Assembly: GCA_964016885.1 (NCBI GenBank)
Contig: OZ024761.1
Coordinates: 1,860,001-1,924,000, forward strand
From: Eledone cirrhosa
Taxonomy: Eukaryota
Direction of reading: 5' to 3'
Length of the DNA: 64,000 nucleotides
Shown here piece after piece: positions 41,229 through 50,939 of the stretch (its first letter is position 1; each line of letters starts with the position of its first letter). The notes beneath the pieces were generated by a model that saw nothing but the letters and a program-made list of their open reading frames with translations, did not search any database and was not told where the DNA came from. The position numbers and the translations under genes are program-made.

Positions 41229-44200
41229 GTGTGTGTGCTTAGAGAGCAAAAAGTTTGAAGAAATACCACAAAGCTTCCAACATTCTTACAACTCTCCCAC
41301 TGCCTGTAATATTGTGTGAGAGGAAACTTCCATCAACATTATACAAGCAAATGACAGTAGAGCTCGCTCTATGGACATTCATCTTCACAATCAATCAATC
41401 ACTGATAAAGTAGATCAATAATGTTGTCTCTTGATAACCATTCAATCATGACATTGATCTTCACAATCAATCAATCACTGATAAAGGAGATCAAAAATGT
41501 AAGATACTGCCATTGCTTTTAATATAATTTTGAAAATAATCATGAATTCTGAAGGATTTAGTAATATAACTAACATTCTCATTATTAAGCTAGTGTTTGG
41601 AACATAACTTAACCAAAGCTTTTACACAAAATTAAGATAGAAAGTTTTAGATAAATATAAAATAAACAGTTTTGTATCACAGAACCAGGGGTGGCTTTAG
41701 GTGGTCTGGTATGAAAAGGGTTAAACATTTATAGTAAAATATTTCTTTATATGAGCTAAAACAGAGGTTCTCAAAGTGGGTGCCCCCACCCCCCGGGGGG
41801 TGGGTAGTGGCTGGCGCCGAGAAGGTCCAGGGGGTGGTATAGATGATATAATAGTATATTAAATATCACAGGAAAGAATCGCTGGATAGATTTTAGGGGC
41901 AAAACCAACGTAAGAGACCCAGGGGTAGACAACGAGCAAGATGGTTGGATATCATCCATGAGCTTGGCTGGTCACGCTTGGGGATCCAGCTAGATCAGTT
42001 AGAGATAGTTGCTTCTGAAAGGACCTGATGGAAGGAGTGTTTGAGGACTGCCCCCACGACCCTCTCAGGAAATGTGGGCGAAGAAGAGAAGATATATTTA
42101 CAATTTACGTGTAGGCAGGTCTCTCTTGAAATAGGGTTTGGGGATGATTAGGGTATTACGGGGTCATGATGGCGGGGGGGCTGGCCCCAAAAGTTTGAGA
42201 ACCTCTGAGCTAAAGAAAGAAAGAAGAAACTGACCATTATAGCAGTATCAATGGGTGAAGCCGAGAGTAAGAGGTCACCACTTGGACTCCATGCTAAACT
42301 AGACACTGGACTGTGATGGTTTTGTTGGAGGATCTGGACACAGCTGGCTGATGGTCTGTAGAGTAAAATGGTAAAGTTAGAGGTAGGGGTGGTAATGGTG
42401 TTGCTGATGGTAAATGTGGTGGTGGTGGTGTTGCTGATAGTAGTTGTAGTGGTGGTGGTGGGGGGGGGGGGTTGCTGGTGATGATCATGATGGTGGTGCT
42501 GCCGATAGTTGTAGTGGTGGGGTGGTGTTGTTGGTGATGATGATGATGGTGGTGGTGGTGATTGTGTTGCGGATAGTAGTAGTAGTGGGGGGGGGGGGGG
42601 GGATGCTGGTGATGACGATGATGATGATGGTGGTGGTGATAGTAGTGGTAGTGGTGGTGATGATGGAGGATCAAGCTATACCTTTCCGCAAGCGACATTG
42701 GTTCCACGTGCCAAATAAGGATACAGGAGCGGCAAGCCACAGCAAGAACGGACGATGAGAATGGTCTGGAATATATAGAGAAATATTTATTATGTCTGTG
42801 TGTAAATATGTATGTGTGTGTGTGCATGTGTGTGTGTTTGACTGTATATGTATGTGTGTGTGTGAGTGTGTGTGTGTGAATGTGTGTAAATAGAACAGGA
42901 AGAGTTGATTCTTGGTGTTATTAAGACTGAAGAGATTGATGTCTGAAGGAAGGGACAGGGCCCATAGCCTTCACATACTCTCTGTGACCACAGAAATATA
43001 TCTGGTAGGTCTGGGGGAAGGGACAGGGCCCTGGCCTTCACATACTCTCCGAGACCAGAAAAATTGATGTTTTTTGTTTTGTTTAAACTGTTGCAAGTCA
43101 TGTTCTGTCCAGCCCCCTCAGGCACTATCCTTATTGACCCCAGTACTTTACTGGTACTTTATTTTATCAACGCCAGAAGAATGAAAAGTAAAGCTAACTT
43201 CAGTTGGATTTGAACTATTTTTAGTTCAAACATAAAGAGCCAGAACAAATGCTGCATTTTATACAATGCTCTACCGATTCTGCCATTCCACCACTCCTAA
43301 ATAAAGGTTTCTCATCTAGGCTCAAGGCAAATTTTTTTTTTTAGTACGTTATTTTATCAACCCTGTCATAATTAAATACCACAAAGATTTTTGTCTGACA
43401 CTCTACCAATTCTGCCGATCTACAATAAAGCTTTACCGTACTTACTGCCAAGCAAGATCTGTGACATTCTTCTGTAACTTGGTCCTTAATATGGGGACCA
43501 GAGTCATTCCACCTGTGTGAACCTTGACAGAGTCGTCTACAAGGGCGTAGGCAAATTTGATTGCATGGGGATGCCATGTAAAGGAGCAGATGATTCCAGG
43601 AGACCTACAATGAAGGCAAACAGATAGGCACAACAACAACAGCAACAATTTATAATGAACAGGGGAAGAGAGAGAAGAGAAGAGACAGGAGAGGAAACAA
43701 CAAATATTTACCAGTTTGTGGGTGATGAATACTGATTAATAATATCATCTGTGGACAGCTGAATAGAAATAGAAGTTAAAACATGAGAGATATCTTATGA
43801 TAGAGATAAGTTAACATGGGGTAAATGAGACATATCTTATACACATAGAGAGATGTTTGTTTATGATTGAAATATATGGATAAATAATACTTATGACAAT
43901 GTTTTTGTTGCCATCATCTACTTATAATATATAACCAGCAATTTCTCTGTCTGTCTGTCCGACAGTGGAAACACGTGCGCACGTGGTTGCTATCTCTCTC
44001 TCTCTCTCTCCAGCTATCCCTCTCTTTTAGTCTGTCTGTTCCTCTCACTCTCACTCTTTCTCTTTGTAACACACTAACATTCCTCCCCTCTATCGCTGTG
44101 GCGAATGGGGAGATGGAGGAGGAGAGAGTCACTTCGTCACTTCACCTCTGCCTTTCTTTCTCTCCCCTCTCACTCCCTCATTACGTACAGACATTAGGGC

Positions 44201-47200
44201 GGTGGATTGGCAGAATCTGTAGAGAGTCGGACACCATGTTTCATAGCATGGAGTTACGCCCCTTTACGGTCTGAGTTCAAATACCGCCGAGGTTAACTTT
44301 GCCTTTCATCTTCATGGGGTCGATAAAATAAAGTACCAGTAATGTACTAGGTAATTGCTGGCCTTGTGCTAAAAGTAGAAACAATTATTAGAAACATTGC
44401 TTCATTTTTACATATCTAAGCATGAGTAAAATAACTAATAATTTCAAAAGTAATTTTTCAATTCCAATTGTTATGAACAGCAAAACATTAATAATAATTT
44501 TGTTCTAAGAAATATATATACATTTCTGTGTGTGTAATATATATATATATATACACAGAGAAATATATATACATTTCTGTGTGTGTAATATATATATATA
44601 TATATATACACACACAGAAATATATATACATTTCTGTGTGTGTAATATAGAGGAAACTATAGAGGTATAAAGTTGATGGACCAGGTCATGAAAGTAACAG
44701 AAAGAGTTATAGCACAGCTGATTAGGGACCAGGTGAAAATAGACGAGATGCAATTTGGGTTTGTACCAGGAAGAGGCACCACTGATGCCCTCTTCCTTGT
44801 GAGGCAATTACAGGAAAAGTACCTAGCTAAAAGTAAGCCACTCTACTTGGCATTTGTCGACCTTGAGAAAGCCTTTGACAGAGTTCCACGTGTTGTAATC
44901 TGGTGGGCTCTTAGAAAACTAGGAGTAGATGAATGGCTTGTGAAAGCGGTACAAGCCATGTATAGGGGAGCAGTCAGCAAAGTTAGGATTAGCAATGAGT
45001 ATAGCGAGTAATTTAGCGTACAGGGCTCTGTTCTTAGCCCTCTCCTGTTCATCATAGTCCTGCAGGCAATAACGGAGGAGTTTAAGACCGGATGCCCATG
45101 GGAACTCCTGTATGCTGATGACCTCGCACTCATAGCTGAATCTATGGTAGAACTAGAGAATAAATTCCAAACCTGGAAGCAGGGACTAGAAAGAAAGGGT
45201 CTCAAAGTCAACATGACAAAGACTAAGGTCCTTGTAAGTAGACGAGAAAACAGAACCCAGATCCCCTCAGGGAAATGGCCTTGCTCAGTATGTAGGAAAG
45301 GTGTAGGTAGGAACTCCATTCTCTGCCCCAAATGCAAACAATGGGTACACAAGAGATGTAGCGGGATCTCAGGAAGCTTAATTAAGAATGTAGGATTCAC
45401 ATGCAGCAAACAGCCACAGGAAACAAGTACCACCAATCTCTGGGAGGGCCCTGTAGAAACAGTAGACAGCTTCTGCTACCTAGGTGACCGAATTAGCAAC
45501 GGAGGTGGGTGTTCAGAAAGTACAATAACTAGGGTAAGAACGGGATGGAAGAAGTTTAGGGAACTACTACCACTGCTAGCTGCAAAAGGCCTCTCCCTCA
45601 GAATGAAAGGCAGACTGTATGATGTGTGTATCCGAACAGCGATGTTGCATGGTAGTGAGACCTGGGCGCTGAAGGTGGAAGACTTACGTAGATTAGAGAG
45701 AAACGAAGCCTGCATGCTCCGATGGATGTGTAACAGTAATATACGTGAACGACAAAGCATAAATGAATTGAGAGAGAGACTGAGCATAAGAGGAATCAAA
45801 TGCTGTGTGCAGGAGAGGCGGTTGCGCTGGTATGGACATGTGATGCGTATGAAGGATGACAGCTGCATAAAAAAGTGCAGAGCACTAGAAGTTGATGGAA
45901 ACCGCGGAGTGGGGAGACCCAAGATGACCTGGGATGAGGTGATAAAAGCCGACCTTACCCAATTACACCTCTCAAAGACAATGACACACGACCGTCACTT
46001 CTGGCGTCACGCAGTAATACAGAGTACCCGACCTCCCATGAGTACAAGCTGAAGCATATAAACAATATGCCCCCACACCCCAAGGTGGTCGTGGAGGTGC
46101 CACGGCAAAAAAGCACCCAGCCCACACTGTAAAGTGGACGTGTAGGCGCCACGAAAAAGCACCCAGCACTCACTGTAAATGAGGTTGGTGTTAGAAAGGG
46201 CATCCAGCTGTAGAAATCAAGCCAGATCAGTTCCTGTATGAGCAAGGCATGGTCAGCCGACCAGACACTGCCCACAATAGGACAACCCGTCTAACCCATG
46301 CTAGCGTGGAAGAACGGACGTAAAACGGTGATGATGATGATGATATATATATATACACACACAGAAATATATGAGCATTTTTCTGTTTGTCTGTCCTTCC
46401 CTAAAACTCAAATGTAGGTGCTACAGAAATATTACCTTCCCCTTCCTTTCTCCACTTTGGTACTACCAAGAGAAACACTGTCGCTATAGAAACATTACCT
46501 TCGCCTCTCCACTGACTTTGGTCACTGAGGCCGAGGGAATCGCTGGTTGCTATAGAGACACCTTGCACAAGCCAGATGTAACCAGTTCGAGGCGGTTCTG
46601 ACTTGACACCATGCCAAGGACCATTTGAAGATATATTTCCATCGTTATATCATAACGTTTATGTATCATAACGTTTATATTTCCGTCACTAATCTCTTTT
46701 TCTCCTTTTTCGTTTTAACATATATTTATTTCAAAGATTTCACCGTATAGATAACATATATATTTATACATGCATAAAAGACGCACCGAGAGACGGTGAA
46801 CATGTGGTGCCGAAAACATTTCTCATCCAAATCTCAATAATATCAGTATATACACTAGATTTGCTAGCAGAAAACTGCCCACCGGGTGGTTTTTTGCTAG
46901 TCTATATATATAAAACTGAGGATGTCTGTCTGTGTGTGTGTGTGAGTTTGAATCCCTAAAACTCGAGAACCACCCAACCGACTGTTTTCAAACTTTACAC
47001 ATGTAATACATGTTTCAGGGAGTGTTCTGAGCAAAAGAAATTATATACATATATATATATATATATATTATATATATTATATATATCTATATATATATTA
47101 TATATATATATATAATTCTCACTGTTGTTCTAAAAAATAAGTCTGCTCCTCGGTTCATTCATCTATATATCTTACAATCCCCCAGTATCAAAAGTCGTAT

Positions 47201-50200
47201 TCATAATTGTCTTTCTAAAAATCTTCTCCACGTTGTTCTAAATAATATTCCCGCAACCATTTTGGTTGAAAAAAATTTTGCCAGGTTTTATTAGGGATGG
47301 CCTCTCTCTCTCGGCCTGCTGAAATCGCCTCTCACCCTCTCACTCTCATATACGCCGCTCTCTCACTCCCCCTCACTCCATGCCAACCAAATATAAATAA
47401 GTCTTGTTACGGGGGACTAAACTCAAAATTTGTCAACTATTATTGATGGTCGCTCGTTCAGTCTACTTCTAAGAAATGTAACGTACATATCTCATTTTCT
47501 TCTCAACTCTCCACATTCGGTTCATTCATCTATATATCTTACAATCCCCCAGAATCAAAAAATCGGATTCATAATTGTCTTTCTATAATTCTGTCTCACT
47601 GTTGTTCTAAAAAATAAGTCTGCTCCTCGCAAACTACCCCATACCCCTCCCGCCCCCACTCTCCACCATCATCGTTTAACGTCCGTGTTCCATGCTTGCA
47701 TGGGTTTGGACGGGAGTTTTCCCACTTGAGGCAAGACTGGTTGTCTTGCTCGCATAGGACTGTCTGGCGGGTTTTCTACAGTTGGATGCCCTTCCTAACA
47801 CCAACCACATTTACAGTGTGGGGCTGGGAGGTTTTTACCGTGTTGCCTACACGGCCACATTACAGCGTGGACTGTCTGGCGGGTTTTCTACAGCTGGATG
47901 CCCTTCCTAACACCAACCACATTTACAGTGTGGGACTGGGACGTTTTTACCGTGTTGCCATGTCATAACATTTGTATTGCGTATATTATCAATATGCACA
48001 CTACACATGCAAGCAGAAAAACCACCAAAAGGGTGGTTTTTCTGCTAGTATTTTTAATGAAAGATAATGCCTCCTTTGGTTTGACAAATAATTTTGAAAA
48101 TAATCAAGAATTTGGAAAGATTTAGTAATATAGCTTTTTTCACTATTAAACTAGCAGAAACATTAAAACATCAGTTAGAATTCTTTATAGTTTCCACTCT
48201 GGCTGTCTGTGTTCTGAGTTCAAAACCTGCCATGGTCAACATTATCTTTCATTTTTATAGTGTTGATAAAAAAAAGTACCAGTCCAGTGCTGGGGTTGAT
48301 TCTTCCTCTATATCTCCTTCTCACTTCCATTCTCTTACTTTTTATGCTTCTCTGGGAGAAATCAGCTGTGTTCAGATCTGGGATGGGCTCCGCCAGGTTT
48401 GAAAAGATTGCCAAGATAGACTGCATATCACTACAGAACCCCCACGAGTCTATCAGAAGTTACAGGTTCATATTATAGAAGCAAGGGCTGTTTCAGACTG
48501 ATATCAAAAGGGTTAAATACTCAAAAGAAAGATTTTGAGCAATCCAGGGCCTTCACAATCCTGTTGGAAGAACCCGTCCATGGTTAACTGCCACCACTTC
48601 CTGTTTGATTTTGATCCTGTCAGGGGGTTAGTGTACTGACCATGCTTGGCCAACTGTGGGTTGATGAGGCTATTTATCTCATAGTTGGGGTGGATGCTTC
48701 TGTCTGTTATGGGAACCATGTAACCCAGTACAACCTGCTTCATGATCGACTGGTCAGCAGCTAAACTGGCTCCCCCACCAGACGCTGGTCTGGTGAGGAA
48801 GGTAAGTGGAACACCAGCAGCGCAAAAAAATAAGAGCTGTTAAAAGGGTGGATTTTGAATCATACTCACAGTTAATTTACTAATTAAAGGATGAATGGAT
48901 TTAGCCCAGCGTATAATGGTCAGCATTCCACTTGCCACAGCAGACACCAGAGATGGCGCTAGACAAAAGAAAAGAAAAGGTCAAACAAAACATATTTACA
49001 ATGATCAAACAAGGGAGTCACATGGTGCCCAAATCATCATCATTTGACATCTGTTCTCCATGCTGGCATAGTTTAAACCACTGTGTTCCATTTTTGGTAT
49101 GGTTTCTACAGCTGAATGCCCCTTTTTAATGCCAACCACTTTAAAGAGCCCACTGGGTGATATTTCATCATAGCACCAGCTTTAAAGAGGTCCTCGGCAG
49201 GATTGAAAGGTTCTTATTAACCCTATGTTGTTTCAGTTCAGTCACTACCACTTTACAGACTGTACTCGGTGCATTTTATTGTTGCACCAGGGAGGCTGTT
49301 GTGCCTCTCAACCCTACATTACATAATTAAAAAAATAATAATAAAATGTGCTAAGATAACTCAAATAGCCCAATGATACGAATTTAGATAAATGCTTTGA
49401 ATGACTTATATAATAATTCTCAATTACATGAAATTGCTCATTTAGTTGTAGAAAGAAAACAACCTAGTGGCAATACTCACCTCCATCATCTCTGTTGAGG
49501 ACAGCCAATGCTTCTGACAATCCAGTTTCATACCTGAAAAGAATATTTTTTTAATAATGATAATTTCTACTATAGGCACAAGGCCAGCAATTCTGGGGGG
49601 GAAGGGAAAATCAATTAAATTGACTCCAGTGCAATACTGGTACTTTATTTTTATCGACGCCAGCAGGACTTGAACTCAGAACGTAAAGGGGCGTAACTCT
49701 ATGCTGCAAAGCATGTCCAACTCTCAACCGATTCTGCTAATCCACACCCTAAATAATAATAATAATAATAACAATGATAATTTAGAGTTCGATTGACAAG
49801 ATTCCAAACGTCATTCGTTTACTGAGCGGAAATAATGTTTCCAATGGTCTTTCCATTGCTGATACTATAGTTGGTACTCTAGCTAATACTATAGTTGACA
49901 CTATTTATTGGTTGTAATACATAATAAAATAACACAACCCACATTACATATATCCAATAACACAACTTTCATTATGCACACACAGAGAAATATACTTTAC
50001 CAAGCATTCAGGGCCTTCTTCCAGAGTGTCTCTTCATGTGCTAGGAAGAGGGGTCCTGAATTTTCTTGAGAAACTCTAAGGAAATCCTTCGACATGCTAA
50101 CATTGGGGTAACCATCCAGCTGTAAATAGAATTTACACAGATTAATTAACAACATAAATTAATAGTGTTAACAATAAAAGAAATACATTTTAAAAAGTCA

Positions 50201-50498
50201 TAGCAACCTTGGGTGATTTAGCAGAAAATTTCTATAAACAGGTTTGTAAATTCAAATGTTTATAGTATATAAGACAGATCATTGTGGCAATTTACAGTAA
50301 ACTAAAGTAAAGATTTTAATGCAGAATGTGTTGGAGAATGACAATCCTTTATTCTATCATTCTGTCCATTCTGTCAATCCTACTTACTTTCGTCTCTTCA
50401 TATCTCTCAGCTGGTACATGTACAATATCACCATTTCTCTCTCCAAGAGTAATATAGTCTCGATCTGGAACTGGAGGGAAGTTTAATAGGTCCTGCAT
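12069..50498 (-). CDS. AAAS: Aladin (WD40-repeat nucleoporin), complete spliced CDS, 15 coding exons, 509 aa
   Basis: Exons: 50388-50498, 50001-50119, 49481-49533, 48870-48958, 43712-43758, 43446-43604, 42682-42765, 42235-42355, 37201-37325, 27391-27451, 24988-25169, 22135-22202, 20989-21064, 18894-18978, 12069-12218. All have GT-AG boundaries and matching phases; the sum is 1530 nt ending in TGA. Peptides match recalled human Aladin motifs (WHPH..KFA.AL.DDSV.V; VLAVAC.SCILIW; LLSASP.D.AI; WSPDG..L..TP..VFR; SMVWDPSG.RLA; GALL.V.WS.G.I..IP.YF). Confidence 0.95.
12256..12670. repeat. (CAC/TAC)n low-complexity tract at the 3' end of the last AAAS intron
   Basis: Directly visible. Confidence 0.9.
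13085..14385 (-). mobile_element. 5'-truncated RTE LINE (family A-like)
   Basis: ORFs 14199-14468, 13838-14119 and 13595-13816 encode the RT C-terminal region; 3' UTR and (GAT)n tail. Confidence 0.9.
14443..16400 (+). mobile_element. 5'-truncated RTE LINE (family A)
   Basis: RT motifs QFGF, FVDLEKAFD, QGSVLSP, YADD; PHD-like insert; frameshifts; (GAT)n tail. Confidence 0.92.
17250..17580 (+). mobile_element. tRNA-derived SINE, family 2 (CORE-like body, RTE-derived tail)
   Basis: A/B boxes, CCTTGAGCAAGACACTT CORE-like segment, (GAT)n tail. Other copies at 26427-26752(+), 26934-27312(+), 36733-37070(-), fragments 55080-55230(-). Confidence 0.85.
17592..18836 (+). mobile_element. degraded Tc1/mariner-superfamily (maT/DD37D-like) DNA transposon
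   Basis: TA|CAGGGTGTCCATAAAG left TIR; transposase motifs KVNVWCG, IIGPFFF, FQQD.APPH, WIGR, PPRSPDITPLD, LWGYV.D; stops and frameshifts; right TIR eroded. Confidence 0.85.
18894..18978 (-). CDS. AAAS: AAAS coding exon 14: GWVKGEEGDSAQFICFKPKFENGALLTV
   Basis: ttacag acceptor, gtgagt donor, 85 nt. Confidence 0.93.
19283..20695 (+). mobile_element. internally deleted piggyBac transposon with N-terminal transposase remnant (ORF 19519-20118)
   Basis: TTAA TSDs, TIR CCCTTTAGCATTC, acidic N-terminus and W.PT...MKAF..I...GI...P.L..YWS motif. Confidence 0.9.
20989..21064 (-). CDS. AAAS: AAAS coding exon 13: SFGCKKNLIAIFRMTMNPSLKATPC
   Basis: tttcag acceptor, gtaagt donor, 76 nt, phase 1 to 2. Confidence 0.88.
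21112..21322. repeat. 53-bp tandem repeat, ~4 copies
   Basis: GCTCTTCACGTT(A/G)ACAAAGTATTTGGTCCTACTACCAGTTAATGTTTGCCATTA. Confidence 0.9.
21322..22075 (+). mobile_element. RTE LINE RT fragment of a family without the PHD insert
   Basis: LSPTLFNIFLE, NLGFAD, FKYLG, Y.CESWT motifs (ORF 21485-21961). Confidence 0.85.
22135..22202 (-). CDS. AAAS: AAAS coding exon 12: IGGCVQSMVWDPSGSRLALLFK
   Basis: tttcag acceptor, gtaact donor, 68 nt. Confidence 0.94.
22468..22786 (+). mobile_element. RTE family B 3' end
   Basis: Matches the 3' ends at ~34330-34816 and ~45890-46343. Confidence 0.8.
23055..24905. repeat. minisatellite, 16-22-bp unit TAGTGATATAAC(AC)n, ~1.85 kb
   Basis: Directly visible; ends ~80 bp from the donor of AAAS exon 11. 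Confidence 0.95.
24988..25169 (-). CDS. AAAS: AAAS coding exon 11: TACWSRDGSVLLFATDTEPLVYSVTFSTNRESATVGGNRKAEVFLDLSLVSLPSSLDEDIK
   Basis: cttgtag acceptor, gtaagt donor, 182 nt. Confidence 0.93.
25480..26312 (-). mobile_element. RTE family B fragment
   Basis: ORFs 25397-25780 and 25648-25896 encode the RT C-terminal region. Confidence 0.85.
27391..27451 (-). CDS. AAAS: AAAS coding exon 10: VWQTKTWGCDKWILPSGRCQ
   Basis: atttag acceptor, gtaata donor, 61 nt. Confidence 0.93.
28895..29127 (+). mobile_element. RTE family C 3' end
   Basis: YGHVM coding remnant; tail CGTCCCACCCTTGCAAGCAGGGAAAAGCGGACGTAAAATGA plus (GAT)n. Confidence 0.8.
29190..31030 (-). mobile_element. Penelope-like element, degraded (N-terminus plus RT)
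   Basis: SLKNIPIP, FIRRMRWRA, LKDHK..F..NP..RLI.P.KS, QFDI, FDITMGS.DSAQV.DL.GL, LYQDD; 3' half of a hammerhead (GAAACAAUCGUA) at ~31013-31025. Confidence 0.88.
31036..32157 (-). mobile_element. 5'-truncated RTE family A
   Basis: ORFs 31868-32173 and 31560-31850; 3' UTR with duplicated module; (GAT)n tail. Confidence 0.9.
32158..33055 (+). mobile_element. old RTE fragment
   Basis: KPLYLVFIDLEKAFDR, QVGVHQ remnants. Confidence 0.75.
33377..34816 (+). mobile_element. 5'-truncated RTE family B
   Basis: QGSVLSP, PHD-like insert, RT C-terminus, (GAT)n tail. Confidence 0.9.
34878..35475 (+). mobile_element. 3' fragment of an Ingi/Vingi-like LINE with target-site duplication
   Basis: GIAPAD.RR, RLKSR, W.TLNRLRTG.GR, CECG...TM.H...CP; (GAA)n tail; TSD ACCTACGCC at 34869-34877 and 35476-35484. 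Confidence 0.75.
35640..36000 (-). mobile_element. RTE endonuclease (APE) fragment
   Basis: CCVQETR, YKFLWAG..GLGGVGILL..KW motifs. Confidence 0.75.
37201..37325 (-). CDS. AAAS: AAAS coding exon 9: VWNVAMETVVPLRRIGGGGNTMVRWSPDGYRVLSATPASVFR
   Basis: ttttgtag acceptor, gtaagt donor, 125 nt. Confidence 0.95.
38461..38519 (+). ncRNA. minimal hammerhead ribozyme motif at the end of an AT-rich Penelope-like 3' region
   Basis: AUUUUAU-CUGAUGA-GAGCGUACCAA(GGUU)UUGGUACCCUU-GAAA-UAUAUAUA-AUAGAAU; 7-bp stem I, predicted cleavage after 38512. Confidence 0.78.
38594..39312 (+). mobile_element. RTE internal fragment (end of APE plus linker)
   Basis: TYKSG..SQIDF.LV, RRKVWKLK, TWWWN motifs. Confidence 0.75.
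39313..40650 (+). mobile_element. Penelope-like element 3' end: GIY-YIG endonuclease (ORF 39434-39742), AT-rich 3' region and hammerhead
   Basis: CPL.G.CL..NIVY, YIG, FK.RF..K.SF, W..L.RA.PY, CRLC..E, LNK..E....C.H. Confidence 0.88.
40467..40591 (+). ncRNA. hammerhead motif with ~90-nt extended stem II, downstream of a Penelope GIY-YIG ORF
   Basis: CAUUAUUU-CUGAAGA...AUAUAUAUGUG/CACAUAUAUAU...GAAA-CGAUC-AUA-AAAUGAUG; 8-bp stem I; stem III has a C.A mismatch. Confidence 0.6.
40739..41180. repeat. ~200-bp-arm inverted repeat carrying two identical hammerhead ribozymes on opposite strands
   Basis: Arms ~40739-40943 and ~40982-41180. The 55-nt ACUGC-CUGAAGA-GGUCACAGCCA(AAGA)UGGCUGUCACC-GAAA-UAUAUAUA-GCAGU occurs at 41058-41112 (+) and 40807-40861 (-). 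Confidence 0.9.
41762..42207. mobile_element. hAT/Charlie-type MITE containing a nested RTE 3' fragment
   Basis: TIR CAGAGGTTCTCAAA / TTTGAGAACCTCTG; TSD AGCTAAAA / AGCTAAAG; inner KRPRGR.R.RW.D.I..LGWSRLGI remnant at ~41905-42090. Confidence 0.8.
42235..42355 (-). CDS. AAAS: AAAS coding exon 8: PSASCVQILQQNHHSPVSSLAWSPSGDLLLSASPIDTAIM
   Basis: ctacag acceptor, gtcagt donor, 121 nt, WD repeat. Confidence 0.94.
42682..42765 (-). CDS. AAAS: AAAS coding exon 7: PFSSSVLAVACRSCILIWHVEPMSLAER
   Basis: ttccag acceptor, gtatag donor, 84 nt. Confidence 0.93.
43446..43604 (-). CDS. AAAS: AAAS coding exon 6: SPGIICSFTWHPHAIKFAYALVDDSVKVHTGGMTLVPILRTKLQKNVTDLAWQ
   Basis: Lies inside ORF 43442..43648; ttgtag acceptor, gtaagt donor; first WD repeat. 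Confidence 0.93.
43712..43758 (-). CDS. AAAS: AAAS coding exon 5: LSTDDIINQYSSPTNW
   Basis: ctattcag acceptor, gtaaat donor, 47 nt. Confidence 0.85.
44647..46343 (+). mobile_element. 5'-truncated RTE family B
   Basis: ORFs 44673-45011 and 45144-46052 (RT); (GAT)n tail. Confidence 0.92.
46365..48048 (+). mobile_element. two tandem non-autonomous Helitrons (junction CTAG|TCTA at 46900/46901); the second contains nested insertions
   Basis: Shared 5' motif (GTCT)n..CCCTAAAACTC; 3' hairpins ..GGGTGGTTTTT.GCTAG at ~46875-46900 and ~48015-48048. Confidence 0.65.
48870..48958 (-). CDS. AAAS: AAAS coding exon 4: PSLVSAVASGMLTIIRWAKSIHPLISKLT
   Basis: ttgtctag acceptor, gtgagt donor, 89 nt, RWA.S.H motif. 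Confidence 0.88.
49481..49533 (-). CDS. AAAS: AAAS coding exon 3: YETGLSEALAVLNRDDG
   Basis: ttttcag acceptor, gtgagt donor, 53 nt, phase 2 to 1. Confidence 0.85.
50001..50119 (-). CDS. AAAS: AAAS coding exon 2: LDGYPNVSMSKDFLRVSQENSGPLFLAHEETLWKKALNAW
   Basis: tttacag acceptor, gtaaag donor, 119 nt, phase 0 to 2. Confidence 0.88.
50388..50498 (-). CDS. AAAS: AAAS coding exon 1: MQDLLNFPPVPDRDYITLGERNGDIVHVPAERYEETK
   Basis: ATG directly follows acceptor ttctacag|A, implying an upstream non-coding exon; donor gtaagt; resembles the Aladin N-terminal FPP.P...TL.E.N motif. Confidence 0.85.
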
Positions 50499-50939
50499 TC
50501 TGTAGAAAGACAAGCAAAAACCTATATATATATATATATGTATGTATGTGTATGTGTATATATATATATATATATAGGAAAAAGAAGTTGAAAATACAAT
50601 TGGAGTCCTTAAGAAGATTTATCTACAATAACAATGTGTGGCTATGCTGACTTGTAATGAGAGTGCCCTCTTCCCTCATCCGTTTTCTAAAAAAGAAAAA
50701 CAATCATTTGGAGGACAAATTCGTTGAAAGCACACCAAAAAAAAAAAAAAAGGAAAAAGATTCCAATCGAAGCACATAGATCGATAGATTTACTGGTAAA
50801 AAAAAAAAAACACTAGGAAAAAATGAATTTCTCACCAAACGACAGCGAGTCTTCTTTTTGATGCTAAATTCTGCCAGTTGCAGACTGCTCATCAACATGA
50901 GATATTTTTCTCCACAAAGTTCGATCACCAGAAGCAGAG

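Noticed and set aside
47113-47630. permuted direct repeats (A-B...B-A) resembling LTR or pLTR ends
   Set aside because: No TG..CA ends, ribozyme core or TSD identified; left as an unclassified nested repeat
48560-48835. GC-richer segment as an HDV-like ribozyme or extra AAAS exon
   Set aside because: AAAS is complete without it and no double-pseudoknot could be fitted; probably a LINE leader remnant
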